Shown: positions 29,538 through 39,156 of the stretch, piece by piece | Layout of the letters: each line of letters begins with the position of its first letter | Numbering within the stretch: position 1 is the first letter of the stretch | Source: Deltaproteobacteria bacterium | GTDB taxonomy: Bacteria; Desulfobacterota_D; UBA1144; Nemesobacterales; CSP1-2 | NCBI GenBank assembly: GCA_052390235.1 | Contig: JBQTHB010000005.1 | Location: 160,001-224,000 of the forward strand | DNA: 64,000 nt | Reading direction: 5' to 3' | Translations under genes and position numbers: made by a program | Notes under the pieces: generated by a model | The model's input: only the letters and a program-made list of their open reading frames with translations | Told to the model about the DNA's origin: nothing | Database searches by the model: none

Positions 29538-30119
29538 TTAATCGCATCCGGGGGTTGATATATCGGATTCAAACATCCCTGGACTGCCCACGGACTGAGA
29601 GCTATTCGTACACCTTATGGCTTTATCCATGTAAATCGAGAAGTCCTTGCGCCCCACTTTCTGAGCGCTGGTCATGGAAGCCTGCCATCCGAACTCGTTT
29701 TCTGGGTCAACAAGGGTGTCATCGTAAGCAATGCAGTAGCTGGCTTTGGGGTCTGGGCAGTTAACGGGCCCAGCGTCCGCGTCAACGAATCCCTCAAAAG
29801 TGCTGTCAATTAGGGCGTCTTCTTCATCTGAAGTCCCGGTGGGGTTTCTGAGCGTTCCAGCCGCCCCTGCGAGAGTGCCTATTTCATCAGTGAAATTTCT
29901 CTCGCCGTCGCCGTCTAAATCTTGCTCGAAGAATTCGTATTCGGCGTCTCTTACAGTTTGAAGTGATTTTCTGGCGTTCGCCTCGTTGGAGGATATTCGC
30001 GCCTTGAGCAGATTGGGAATGGCAAGGGCGAGGAGAATGCTGATAATTGCGGCGACAACCAGAAGCTCGATAAGGGTGAACCCTCTTGTCTTATTAATGC
30101 GCCAGAATTGGTTTAGCAT
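29538..30119 (-). CDS. pilA: Type IV pilin, PilA paralog 2
   Basis: RG/FTLIELLVVAAII..LAIPNL; four Cys; ends GCD; ATG 30119 after AGGAGAGG. Confidence 0.85.
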   Translation of the reverse strand: MLNQFWRINKTRGFTLIELLVVAAIISILLALAIPNLLKARISSNEANARKSLQTVRDAEYEFFEQDLDGDGERNFTDEIGTLAGAAGTLRNPTGTSDEEDALIDSTFEGFVDADAGPVNCPDPKASYCIAYDDTLVDPENEFGWQASMTSAQKVGRKDFSIYMDKAIRCTNSSQSVGSPGMFESDISTPGCD

Positions 30120-30204
30120 TTTAATATCACCTCTCCTAAAGTGAAGCCGAGCCGGAACTTTAAATTGCAATGTAGCGGAAGGGACTGAATTCAAATATAC
30201 ATTT

Positions 30205-30251
30205 AAAAAACGTTAGGAGCAATTCAATGCTGTCACTGAACTGCTCCCAAC
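30205..30251 (-). terminator. Rho-independent terminator between the two pilin genes
   Basis: Minus strand GUUGGGAGCAGUUCA-10nt-UGAAUUGCUCCUAAC: 15-bp stem with two G-U pairs, followed by GUUUUUU. Confidence 0.8.
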
Positions 30252-30274
30252 CCCCCATAAATAAATCATAATTT

Positions 30275-30319
30275 AAACAAGCAGGGGGGAGAGGCTCCGC
30301 GTTCCCCTCCCCGATGCTT
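30275..30319 (-). terminator. Hairpin immediately after pilA1 (terminator or mRNA-stabilising stem)
   Basis: Minus strand AAGCA-UC-GGGGAGGGG...CCUCUCCCC-CC-UGCUU followed by GUUU. Confidence 0.65.
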
Positions 30320-30336
30320 TTAGTTTTCATATTTGA

Positions 30337-30909
30337 TTAATCGCAACCAGCCGCATCACGGTCAGCCTCGAATGTTCCCGGGTCGCCGACAGCCTGCGTG
30401 CTAACGCTGCATCTGATAACTGCGTCGCCATAGACCGAAAAGTCTCTTCTGCCGGTCTTGTTGAAGCTCGTCATAGAAGCCGTCCAACCAAAATCGTCAA
30501 CATCGTCTGCCTCAGCTGCCGCCGCTGTATCCCAAGATACACAATAGCCAGCCTTTGAATCGGCGCATCCGGCAGTAGCCGCATCAGCTCCGTCGTCGGC
30601 AGTTTCAAAACTGCTGTCAATAAGGGCGTCTTCTTCAAGTCCGCTTCCCTCAGGGTCGCGCAGGGTAGCGATTAAACCCGTATAGTCTCTCTGACCGTTG
30701 TTGTCAAGATCCTGCTCGAAATACTCGCCCTCGGCATCTCTTAGGGTCTGCAGGGATTTTCTCGCGTTTGCCTCGTTTGCCGAGATTCTAGCCTTTAAGA
30801 GGTTTGGAATCGCAAGCGCAAGGAGAATTCCAATAATTGCCGCAACAACCAGAAGCTCGATAAGGGTGAAACCTTTTTCTCCCTTCTTCACTCTATTGAA
30901 CTTAAACAT
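30337..30909 (-). CDS. pilA: Type IV major pilin, PilA paralog 1
   Basis: KG/FTLIELLVV; strong SD AAGGAGGT; directly downstream of a consensus sigma54 promoter; followed by terminators. Confidence 0.9.
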   Translation of the reverse strand: MFKFNRVKKGEKGFTLIELLVVAAIIGILLALAIPNLLKARISANEANARKSLQTLRDAEGEYFEQDLDNNGQRDYTGLIATLRDPEGSGLEEDALIDSSFETADDGADAATAGCADSKAGYCVSWDTAAAAEADDVDDFGWTASMTSFNKTGRRDFSVYGDAVIRCSVSTQAVGDPGTFEADRDAAGCD

Positions 30910-30950
30910 TTTACTACCTCCTTTTACTGAATGATTTTGTATATTAAGAT

Positions 30951-30966
30951 TGCAACGCCCGTGCCA
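30951..30966 (-). promoter_or_regulatory. Sigma54 promoter of pilA
   Basis: Minus strand TGGCAC-GGGCG-TTGCA, exact consensus. Confidence 0.92.
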
Positions 30967-31062
30967 AGATGAGCAAACTCCATCTCAAACCGAAGAACAC
31001 TATGAAAACATTGAATATTTCGATGCCTAACCTGCGAATAACGAGAAATTTCTTTCATGCTA

Positions 31063-31110
31063 TGACATTTTTTGTAAGTTATGCGATCCAGATTGTGCCA
31101 AAATTTGTCA
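31063..31110. promoter_or_regulatory. Paired enhancer (UAS) boxes, probable PilR-like binding sites
   Basis: TGACA-TTTTT-TGTAA (31063-31077) and TGCCA-AAATT-TGTCA (31096-31110), 33 bp apart, 97-144 bp upstream of the -24 box. Confidence 0.65.
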
Positions 31111-31324
31111 TTCCTGCAGTTTCCTTCACCTCATCATCGAGATTTCATGAATCGGCGGCTGGTCTTATGCGTCCATGAGGCAATATTTCATAGTTTGACT
31201 CCGCTCACGCGCCCGAATCCACTTGTAAATACCCAATTTATACATCAGTATTATCCCCGAAGGCGGTATGGAATCGCCGTCCACTCGAAGCCGACAAATC
31301 TCATTCGGGAGCAGTACTGCTGGT

Positions 31325-31864
31325 ATGAAAAAAATTAAATCTACTCTAACACTTATTATTTTAATTATTGCGGCGGCAGGGTGCGGCGACATTAAAACCA
31401 CATCCTACTTCGATGAGCCGAAGGTAGCGCTCGGCAACTATATAGCCATCGAGATTACGGATTTCGAGAGCGACCTTCAGAATGTGGGGGACGCGCTTTT
31501 AAAAGACGTACCGGACGAGGTCTCAAGGCTCATAAATTCCGGCAGAAGCGGCTTGAGGGCGAAAAGGGCGGCTATCGAGGACGTTCCGGCTGAAAGGGTG
31601 CTTGTGCTTCTCGGCGAGGTGGTGGAGGCTGATTCGGGAAGCAATCTCAAATTAGAGGGAGGAGCCATAAAATTCGGCGAGTCTTCGCTTACGATTCAGC
31701 TTGCCATTGTAGAGAAGCAGACGGGCGATGAAATCACCACAGGGCAGGTGAACAGCTCAAGCTCTCTGGGATTCTTCAGGCGGGGATTTGTCGCCAAAGA
31801 AACTTACGAGGCTCTCGCCGAGGAGATAGCCAGTTTTGTCTCCGCAAATTACAGAAAAAAATAA
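31325..31864 (+). CDS. Lipoprotein (DUF4410-like)
   Basis: MKKIK, hydrophobic core, AAAG-C lipobox; alpha/beta domain ending LAEEIASFV. Confidence 0.65.
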   Translation: MKKIKSTLTLIILIIAAAGCGDIKTTSYFDEPKVALGNYIAIEITDFESDLQNVGDALLKDVPDEVSRLINSGRSGLRAKRAAIEDVPAERVLVLLGEVVEADSGSNLKLEGGAIKFGESSLTIQLAIVEKQTGDEITTGQVNSSSSLGFFRRGFVAKETYEALAEEIASFVSANYRKK

Positions 31865-31884
31865 TAGTATTGGGGGGAGTCAAC

Positions 31885-32928
31885 ATGAGCGCGCAGGGAA
31901 AATCATACCTATCGTCTGCAATTTTAATTTTATTTATTGGCGTTCTTGTCGCCGCGCAAACCGCAGCGTCCCAGGATACGCCCCAAAACCCCTCGCCCGC
32001 CGCGCAGCTCTACGCAAAGGGGAGAGCCGAATATCTCAAATTCAGCCCCAGAGGGTTTCAGGAAGCCCTCTCGCTGTATAATCAAGCAGTACAAGCCGAC
32101 CCGAAATTCGCCCCAGCCTACGCGGGTATCGGCGAGGTGTATTCAGTCATGGGATATTATAGGTTTGAAGACCGCGAGGAGTACGAGGGTTTCTTCAATG
32201 AATCATATAAAAACATTAAAAAGGCGATGAGCCTCGATAGAAATAAAAGAGAGTGCCGCCGCGCCCTTGCGCTGAACTACCTGCACCTTCGGAGATTCAA
32301 AGAAGCCGAGGGCGTAGCCCAGTATCTAATCGCGCTTGACCCAAACGACGCCGAGAGTCTCTACATCCTCTGGGCGGCCTCTGGCAGAGACCCCGAAAGC
32401 CCGTCCATTAAGCGGGTGCTTGAGCTGAACCCGAGCCTCGCGCTGGCGCATCTGGATTTGGGCAAGATGTACTTTTTCAAAAAAGGCAACTACGCAAATG
32501 CCGTTAAATCCTACGAACGCGCGGCGCAGTTATCGCCCGACTCCCCAATTGTGCGCAATTACCTAGGCACCGGTCTTAGAACTCAGGGACAGCTTGAGAA
32601 AGCCAAATCCCAGTATATAAAATCAATCGAGCTTGACCCGAACTACGCCGCGCCGTATATGAATCTGGGAATTACGTTCTATTATCTCGGCAAGTTCGCC
32701 GAATCCATTGACTATCAGCAAAAGGCAATTGCCCTAAATCCCCGATACCCGGACTCCTATTATTTCCTCGGACTCGCCTATCACAGGGCAAATAACCGGG
32801 GCGAGGCTATAAAAAACTACGAGAAATTTATAGCCCTCACGACCTCTCAGGACAGATACCTAGCCTATATCCAGAGCGCCAAAGAAAACGTATCGAGACT
32901 CTACGAAGCGCCGGAAGGCAACCAATGA
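31885..32928 (+). CDS. Exported tetratricopeptide-repeat protein
   Basis: Signal peptide; repeated DPxxAxAYxxLG-type TPR motifs. Confidence 0.85.
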   Translation: MSAQGKSYLSSAILILFIGVLVAAQTAASQDTPQNPSPAAQLYAKGRAEYLKFSPRGFQEALSLYNQAVQADPKFAPAYAGIGEVYSVMGYYRFEDREEYEGFFNESYKNIKKAMSLDRNKRECRRALALNYLHLRRFKEAEGVAQYLIALDPNDAESLYILWAASGRDPESPSIKRVLELNPSLALAHLDLGKMYFFKKGNYANAVKSYERAAQLSPDSPIVRNYLGTGLRTQGQLEKAKSQYIKSIELDPNYAAPYMNLGITFYYLGKFAESIDYQQKAIALNPRYPDSYYFLGLAYHRANNRGEAIKNYEKFIALTTSQDRYLAYIQSAKENVSRLYEAPEGNQ

Positions 32929-33332
32929 GCATGGGACAAGTCGTTTATTATTACGGCAACACCGAGACGCCCCCTTCCGGGTCGAAAGAGATGACGAGAG
33001 AGAAGAAGAGAAGAGAACTCATACGCCTCACTTTCAACCTGGAATCCGACGCGAGCCTCTGGAGTGTCGTGTTCAAGGGGTTTGACGAAGAGGTGGTCTT
33101 AATGTCGAGGTTCGAGGGGAGAAATTTGGAGGCTATCAGGACCCTTCACCGATTCGGGATTATGATAGAGAAGCAGTATCAGGGCTGCAAGGTCGAGATA
33201 GACCGCATGGGGCTAGTAATTAAAAAAACCCTCTTAACCAACGACCTCGCCGTCATCCGCAATTGGACGGAGCTTATGTACAGCGTCCGCGAGGAGATGG
33301 CAAATATCGTGGGGGAAGAGCTTGGAATCTAG
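32925..33332 (+). CDS. Hypothetical protein
   Basis: ATGA overlap with the TPR gene, GGAGG SD, plausible composition. Confidence 0.6.
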   Translation: MSMGQVVYYYGNTETPPSGSKEMTREKKRRELIRLTFNLESDASLWSVVFKGFDEEVVLMSRFEGRNLEAIRTLHRFGIMIEKQYQGCKVEIDRMGLVIKKTLLTNDLAVIRNWTELMYSVREEMANIVGEELGI

Positions 33333-33535
33333 CGCGCATCGGGGGGCGGGGCGGCGGCGGCGCTTTGCTGAAGGAAATCGAGAATAAATCGCTCCTGCGC
33401 TTCGAGGTTCATCATTATTTTGCTTTGAACCTCAGGCATATCGGTAAAATTCTGCCAGACCTCGGATTTAGTCTTTCTGAGTCCTTCCAATTTTTCACGG
33501 AGCCTTTGAACCTGCTCTTCGGTCGTATTATTCAC
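33329..33535 (-). CDS. Small hypothetical coiled-coil protein
   Basis: GTG 33535 after GGGAGAG; helical sequence EEQVQRLREKLEGLRK. Confidence 0.5.
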   Translation of the reverse strand: MNNTTEEQVQRLREKLEGLRKTKSEVWQNFTDMPEVQSKIMMNLEAQERFILDFLQQSAAAAPPPDAR

Positions 33536-33772
33536 TTTCTCCCTCCCATAAATGCAGAAATGGAAAATATTGCGAGTCAGCCTCCATCCGACCCCTTTTT
33601 TCAATCCGCTCTTCGGGATAAATTACGCCTAAATACTTTCGAGAGAAATTATACTGCCGATTCAATTCACAGCACAGGATTTGCAGGATGCGCGATTAAA
33701 CCCCCGCGGTTCGCAGCGTCAGGGTTAGGCGGGGTTGTCGAAGCGCGCGCCCCCCTCTGCCAGAGAGTCAGG

Positions 33773-34558
33773 CTAATCTATAAAATTCACGTCCCCCGCG
33801 ACAACGGCTCTAACCCCTCCGCCATCCGTTTTTACGATGAGATACCCGTTTTCATCAATCCCCGCGGCGATGCCCTCGGTTAAATTCCCATCTAAATCCG
33901 CCCGCACCCTGCGGTTCAGCCCGTCCCACCTGTCCATCCACTCGGAAATTATACGGGTATTCCCCCCGCGGACGAGCGCGAGATACCACGCCTCAAGGGA
34001 ATTTATCAAATCGGCGGCAAACCGGGCGCGGTCAACTGCTTGCCCTCCCGCCTCAATTTTAACGGAAGTCGCGCTGATTCCCGATGTTGCCATCTGCTGA
34101 ATCTCGGCTTCGCCCATGTTGAGGTTCACGCCGATACCAACAACGATAAAATCCACAGCGCCGGATTTTAGCTCCATCTCCGTGAGTACACCCGCGACCT
34201 TTTTACCGTTGATGAGGGCGTCGTTGGGCCACTTGATTCGGGAATTTACGCCGCAAAGCCCTATTGCCTCAATCACGGCTATTGAGGAGACCAAAGTGAG
34301 CATCGGCGCGTCGCTTGGCGCAACTTGCGGCCTCAGTATCACTGACATATACAAATTCACCCCGGCGGGTGAGCGCCAACCCCTCTGAAGCCTGCCGCGC
34401 CCGTGAGTTTGAGCATCGGCGATGATGACAGAGCCGTGAGGCTCGCCACGTTTCGCAAGGTCGAGGGCGGTCGTGTTTGTCGAGGCTAGGGTCTCGAAGT
34501 AGTGAGCGGCGCGCCCAAGGAACTCAGTTTTGAGAATGGCATGGTCGAGTGTTAGCAA
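33773..34558 (-). CDS. birA: Biotin--[acetyl-CoA carboxylase] ligase without HTH (type I)
   Basis: STN, QTHGRGR, W.SP, IKWPND, KKVAGVL, GIGVN, GDV. Confidence 0.93.
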   Translation of the reverse strand: MLTLDHAILKTEFLGRAAHYFETLASTNTTALDLAKRGEPHGSVIIADAQTHGRGRLQRGWRSPAGVNLYMSVILRPQVAPSDAPMLTLVSSIAVIEAIGLCGVNSRIKWPNDALINGKKVAGVLTEMELKSGAVDFIVVGIGVNLNMGEAEIQQMATSGISATSVKIEAGGQAVDRARFAADLINSLEAWYLALVRGGNTRIISEWMDRWDGLNRRVRADLDGNLTEGIAAGIDENGYLIVKTDGGGVRAVVAGDVNFID

Positions 34559-34625
34559 GGTTTCATCATAATAATTTGCAGCCGATTAGAATGAATAAAC
34601 TAGAATTATAAAGGGGAGAAACGCT

Positions 34626-35612
34626 CTAGAGGCTTGCCGTCTTTCTGGCGGATTTAAATCCAAGAACGTCGTGAACGGCTTGGATAATATTGCGAGCCTT
34701 AAGGCCGAAGTATTCGAGAAGACGCATCCCATCCCCCGACGCGCCGAATCTGTCCCGCATCCCGACACGCCTTATCGGAATCGGACAATGCTCGCTGAGA
34801 GCCTCAGAAATTGCCCCTCCCAAGCCGCCAATTATATTATGTTCCTCGGCGGTTACAGCGGCCCCGGCGAGTCTCGCCGTTTCGACTATGGTGTCTAAAT
34901 CGAGTGGCTTTATGGTTGCTACATTGACCACGGTGGCGAGGATTCCCTCTTTTTCAAGCGCCTTAGCCGCTTCGAGAGCTTCAGAGACCATAATCCCCGC
35001 GGCGTAAATGGCGACGTGCTTCCCATCCCTCAGAACCGGGGCTTTGCCGACCTCAAACCGGTAGGATTTATTAAATATCGTCGGGAACTTAGCCCTCGCC
35101 AGGCGCACATAGACCGGGCCCTTGCGCTCGATAATTGCCCTTATTGCCTGTTCGGTCTCGATGGCGTCTGCAGGGACAATCACCGTCATATTGGGAAGCA
35201 CCCGCATAAGAGCTATGTCTTCGAGGGCTTGGTGAGTCGCGCCGTCTTCGCCGACGGTAACTCCGGCGTGCGTGGCTACTATCTTCACATTGAGCTTAGG
35301 GAAGGCAATGGACTGCCTCACGTGCTCCCAAGCCCTTCCCGTAGCAAACACGGCAAATGTGCTGGCAAATGGGATTTTGCCGGAGAGCGCGAACCCCGCC
35401 GCCGTTGCCATCATGTCCTGCTCTGAGACGCCCATTGTAAAGAACCTATATGGAAACTCCTTTCCAAAGAGGTTGGTTTTAGTCGAGGAGGTGAGGTCTG
35501 CGTCGAGTACGACGATCTCTGGATGCTCCCTGCCGAGTTCAACTAGGGTTTTCCCATAGACCTCTCGGATATATATGGATTCTCTGACCTCATCCACGAG
35601 AAAACCGCTCAT
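34626..35612 (-). CDS. Transketolase, C-terminal subunit
   Basis: LDADL..ST, GVSEQDM, THAGVTVGEDGATHQ, GPVYVRL, EEH...GGLG. Confidence 0.93.
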   Translation of the reverse strand: MSGFLVDEVRESIYIREVYGKTLVELGREHPEIVVLDADLTSSTKTNLFGKEFPYRFFTMGVSEQDMMATAAGFALSGKIPFASTFAVFATGRAWEHVRQSIAFPKLNVKIVATHAGVTVGEDGATHQALEDIALMRVLPNMTVIVPADAIETEQAIRAIIERKGPVYVRLARAKFPTIFNKSYRFEVGKAPVLRDGKHVAIYAAGIMVSEALEAAKALEKEGILATVVNVATIKPLDLDTIVETARLAGAAVTAEEHNIIGGLGGAISEALSEHCPIPIRRVGMRDRFGASGDGMRLLEYFGLKARNIIQAVHDVLGFKSARKTASL

Positions 35613-36445
35613 GCCGCCTCCCCAAGCTCGCTCAGCGCAATTTTGAGTTCCTCGTCGCTGGGAGGAACGCCGTGATAGTGTCCCTTGTTTTCAAATATGG
35701 AAACCCCCTTGCCTTTTATCGTGTTGGCGATGATGACAAAGGGCTTGCCCTTGGTGCTTCTGGCTCTGTCGAGCGCGCCGAGAATTGCGGCGAGGTCATG
35801 CCCGTCGGGGAGATTTTCAACCTCCCAGCCAAAGGCGCGCCACTTATCGGCAACCGGCTCGATGTCTTTTATCTTGTCCATTGCGCCGTCGTTTTGAAAC
35901 CTGTTTCTGTCAACCAGGGCGCAGATGTTGTCAATTTTTCTATAAGAAGAGGTCGTTATAGCCTCCCAAGTCGCCCCCTCTTGGAGTTCACCGTCGGAAA
36001 GAATGGCATAGACCCTCGTGGGTCTGCCATCCATACGGGCGGCAAGAGCCATTCCATTTGAGACGGAAAGCCCGTGTCCTAGAGAGCCTGTGGAGGCTTC
36101 AATGCCGATGTCGAGGTCGTATTCGGGGTGTCCTTGAAGGCGGCTTTCGGTTTTTCTAAGGGTCAGAAGCTCTTCGCGGGGGAAGTAGCCTGCGTGGGCG
36201 AGGGCGCTGTAGAGGGCGGGCGCGCCGTGTCCCTTGGAGAGGACGAACCTGTCTCTGTCGGCCCATCGCGGGTTTTTTGGGTCGTGCCTCATTTCGGAGA
36301 AATAGAGCGCGACGAGCATCTCCACGGAAGATAGGGAGCCTCCTGTGTGTCCAGATTTTGAGTGGTTGAGAGCCTTAAGCAGGTCAACGCGCACACGCCT
36401 TGAAATCTCAGTCAAAGCCCCAACGTTTTTTGTCCGCTCAAACAT
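35609..36445 (-). CDS. Transketolase, N-terminal subunit
   Basis: SGHTGGSLS, DRFVLSKGH, LQGHP, STGSLGHG, SDGELQEG..WEA ThDP motif, TIKGKG. Confidence 0.94.
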   Translation of the reverse strand: MFERTKNVGALTEISRRVRVDLLKALNHSKSGHTGGSLSSVEMLVALYFSEMRHDPKNPRWADRDRFVLSKGHGAPALYSALAHAGYFPREELLTLRKTESRLQGHPEYDLDIGIEASTGSLGHGLSVSNGMALAARMDGRPTRVYAILSDGELQEGATWEAITTSSYRKIDNICALVDRNRFQNDGAMDKIKDIEPVADKWRAFGWEVENLPDGHDLAAILGALDRARSTKGKPFVIIANTIKGKGVSIFENKGHYHGVPPSDEELKIALSELGEAA

Positions 36446-36810
36446 TTATTATTGTCCCCAAACGCCTGAATTTATAGCCTAATCCAAAAGCTGTATAATA
36501 TTAATTCCCCATTCGGAGTTGTCAAACTATCTCGAAGAGCTTACCCGCATAACCGTTTCAATCCCCGATGCTATGCTGAAGAAAGCAAAGCCCAGAAGGA
36601 TAAATGAGAGATAAGTAAATAGGAGCGCTAACGCTATTGGTGGCGAGCTACGGCGCGTTGCTACATTCCACGGTCAAGTCAATGGTATAATAAGAGCCAA
36701 AGGGGGCAGGGATATGAGAAAAAGCGCGGCTCTTGCGGGAATTTTCTTCATCGCTCTAGCCCCTGCGTCCGCCTATACCCCCAAACAATACCCGCTCCGT
36801 AGAGAGGACT

Positions 36811-38913
36811 ATGAAAATACAAAACCGCCTCATCCAAGAAAAAAGCCCGTACCTCCTCCAGCACGCCGAGAACCCCGTGGACTGGTACCCCTGGGGGGAG
36901 GAAGCGTTCGAGAAAGCGCGAAGAGAGGACAAGCCCATTTTGCTTTCCATCGGGTATTCAACCTGCCACTGGTGTCATGTAATGGAAAGGGAATCGTTCG
37001 AGGACGGAGAAGTGGCGCGCCTGATGAACGAGACTTTCGTCTCCATCAAGGTTGACAGGGAAGAGCGCCCGGACATTGACAATATCTATATGACCGTCTG
37101 CCAGATGCTCTCAAAAGGCGGGGGGTGCGGCTGGCCCCTCAATATCATCATGACGCCCGATAAAAAGCCGTTTTTCGCCGGCACGTATTTTCCCAAGGAG
37201 AGCCGCCACGGAAGGGTGGGAATGACCGAACTCCTGCCGCGCATAAGAGAGATTTGGACGACGAGGCGCGCAGAGGTAGCGGATTCGGCGGAGCAGATTA
37301 CCCAGGCCCTTGGAGAGATGTCCCGCGCCCAAGGAGGCTCTAAAGAGGAGACGCCACCCTCTCTAACCATCGGGACTGCTTTCGAGGAGCTTCGCCGCAG
37401 TTTCGACAGTAAAAACGGCGGGTTCAGCCGCGCCCCAAAATTTCCGACTCCGCACAACCTGCTCTTTCTCCTCCGCTACTGGAAACGGAGCAAGGACGAT
37501 AAAGCCCTTGGGATGGTCGAGCAGACGCTTCAGAAAATGAGACAGGGAGGGATTTACGACCACATCGGCTTTGGATTCCACCGCTACTCGACCGATGAAA
37601 AATGGCTCGTCCCGCACTTCGAGAAGATGCTCTACGACCAAGCGATGCTCGCCATAGCTTACACGGAGGCGTATCAGGCGACGGGAAAAGGGGAATATGA
37701 GGCGACGGCAAGGGAGATTTTCGCCTACGTGGAGAGGGATATGACGTCCCCCGAAGGCGGATTTTATTCAGCCGAGGACGCGGACAGCGAAGGGGAAGAG
37801 GGGAGATTCTACGTTTGGAGCGAGGGGGAGTTGCGCACAATCCTGGGGGCGCAGGAGGCGGCTTTTATCGCGAAGGTATTTAACGCGGACAAAGACGGCA
37901 ATTTTCGGGATGAGGCATCGGGGAAGGAAGCCGGGCATAACATTCTCCATCTCACAAAGCCGCTCCCCGACATCGCCAAGGGTCTGAACATTGCCCCTGA
38001 AGAAATTGAGTATCGCGTCGAGACGGCGCGGGCAGAACTGTTCGCGGCGCGAGAGAAGAGGATTCACCCCCACAAGGACGATAAAATCCTAACCGATTGG
38101 AACGGGATGATGATTGCCGCCCTCGCCAAAGGGGCTTCGGCTTTCGATGAGCCGAAATACGCCGAAACGGCAAAACGCGCCGCCGACTTCCTTTTGACCG
38201 AGATGCGCGGAAGCGGTGGAGGGCTTCTGCACCGCTTCCGAGGGGGAGAGTCCGGAATCAAGGCAAACCTCGACGACTACGCCTACCTAGTTTGGGGACT
38301 AATTGAACTCTACGAAGCCACGTTCGAGGTGAAGTACCTCGAGGCGGCGCTCGCCCTGAATGACTACTCGCTAAAGCGGTTTTGGGACGATGCGGGCGGA
38401 GGATTTTATTTCACCCCCGACGATGGGGAAAAATTAATAGCCCGAAGCAAGGAAATCTATGACGGGGCGCACCCTTCGGGCAATTCCACCTCGGCTCTTA
38501 ATTTGCTGAGGCTTGGGCGGATGTCGGCAAATTCGGATTTGGAAAAAAAATCGGATGCGGTCGGGCGGGCGTTCTCAAAAACGGTTAACCAATTCCCAGC
38601 CGCCTACACGATGCTCATGTCTGCCCTTGATTTCGCCTCTGGCGGGAGCGTCGAGGTCGTCATCGCGGCGGATGCCGAAGCCCACGGCACGCGGCAGATG
38701 CTAAAAGCGCTCCGCCGTGAATTTATTCCGAACAAAGTCGTACTGCTCACAGATGGCAGAGATAACTCGGAGATTGCGAAAATCGCCGAGTTCGCCAAGC
38801 ATCAGGTGATACTCAAGGGGAGGGCAACGGCTTATGTCTGCCTGAACTATCAATGCAATCTGCCGACAAATGACCCAGAGCAGATGCTCAAACTCCTTGG
38901 GATTGAGAAGTAG
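36811..38913 (+). CDS. Thioredoxin-domain YyaL/SSP411 (SPATA20-like) protein
   Basis: [59 protein letters not shown]. Confidence 0.93.
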   Translation: MKIQNRLIQEKSPYLLQHAENPVDWYPWGEEAFEKARREDKPILLSIGYSTCHWCHVMERESFEDGEVARLMNETFVSIKVDREERPDIDNIYMTVCQMLSKGGGCGWPLNIIMTPDKKPFFAGTYFPKESRHGRVGMTELLPRIREIWTTRRAEVADSAEQITQALGEMSRAQGGSKEETPPSLTIGTAFEELRRSFDSKNGGFSRAPKFPTPHNLLFLLRYWKRSKDDKALGMVEQTLQKMRQGGIYDHIGFGFHRYSTDEKWLVPHFEKMLYDQAMLAIAYTEAYQATGKGEYEATAREIFAYVERDMTSPEGGFYSAEDADSEGEEGRFYVWSEGELRTILGAQEAAFIAKVFNADKDGNFRDEASGKEAGHNILHLTKPLPDIAKGLNIAPEEIEYRVETARAELFAAREKRIHPHKDDKILTDWNGMMIAALAKGASAFDEPKYAETAKRAADFLLTEMRGSGGGLLHRFRGGESGIKANLDDYAYLVWGLIELYEATFEVKYLEAALALNDYSLKRFWDDAGGGFYFTPDDGEKLIARSKEIYDGAHPSGNSTSALNLLRLGRMSANSDLEKKSDAVGRAFSKTVNQFPAAYTMLMSALDFASGGSVEVVIAADAEAHGTRQMLKALRREFIPNKVVLLTDGRDNSEIAKIAEFAKHQVILKGRATAYVCLNYQCNLPTNDPEQMLKLLGIEK

Positions 38914-38934
38914 CGGCGCGGCTATCGGCGGTTA

Positions 38935-38962
38935 TTGCATTTCACGAGCCTAGAATTATAAT
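38935..38962 (+). promoter_or_regulatory. Putative sigma70 promoter
   Basis: TTGCAT-N16-TATAAT upstream of the small acidic ORF. Confidence 0.45.
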
Positions 38963-39156
38963 TCATCTCTATCCGAGCCGCGTTAAGCCATTGGGAATCC
39001 GAAATCAGGGCGGCGCTGTGCATCGGGCATACTTAATTAAGCCCATCCGCCGTGTAAATTGGGGAAGGCGGCAGAATTTATAATGAGTGGGCGCGGGGGG
39101 GCGAGCTAAAACCTCAGCCCAGAATTTTTATTAGGCGTCAAGGGAGGAGCGGCATA

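Noticed and set aside
29538..30909. Conductive e-pili
   Set aside because: Long pilins with modest aromatic content and large aromatic-free gaps; no multiheme cytochromes in the window
33263..33883. 206-aa plus-strand ORF and other long shadow ORFs (e.g. 19466-20098, 44325-44915, 45190-45777, 52145-52747)
   Set aside because: Overlap well-supported genes on the other strand or frame and lack motifs
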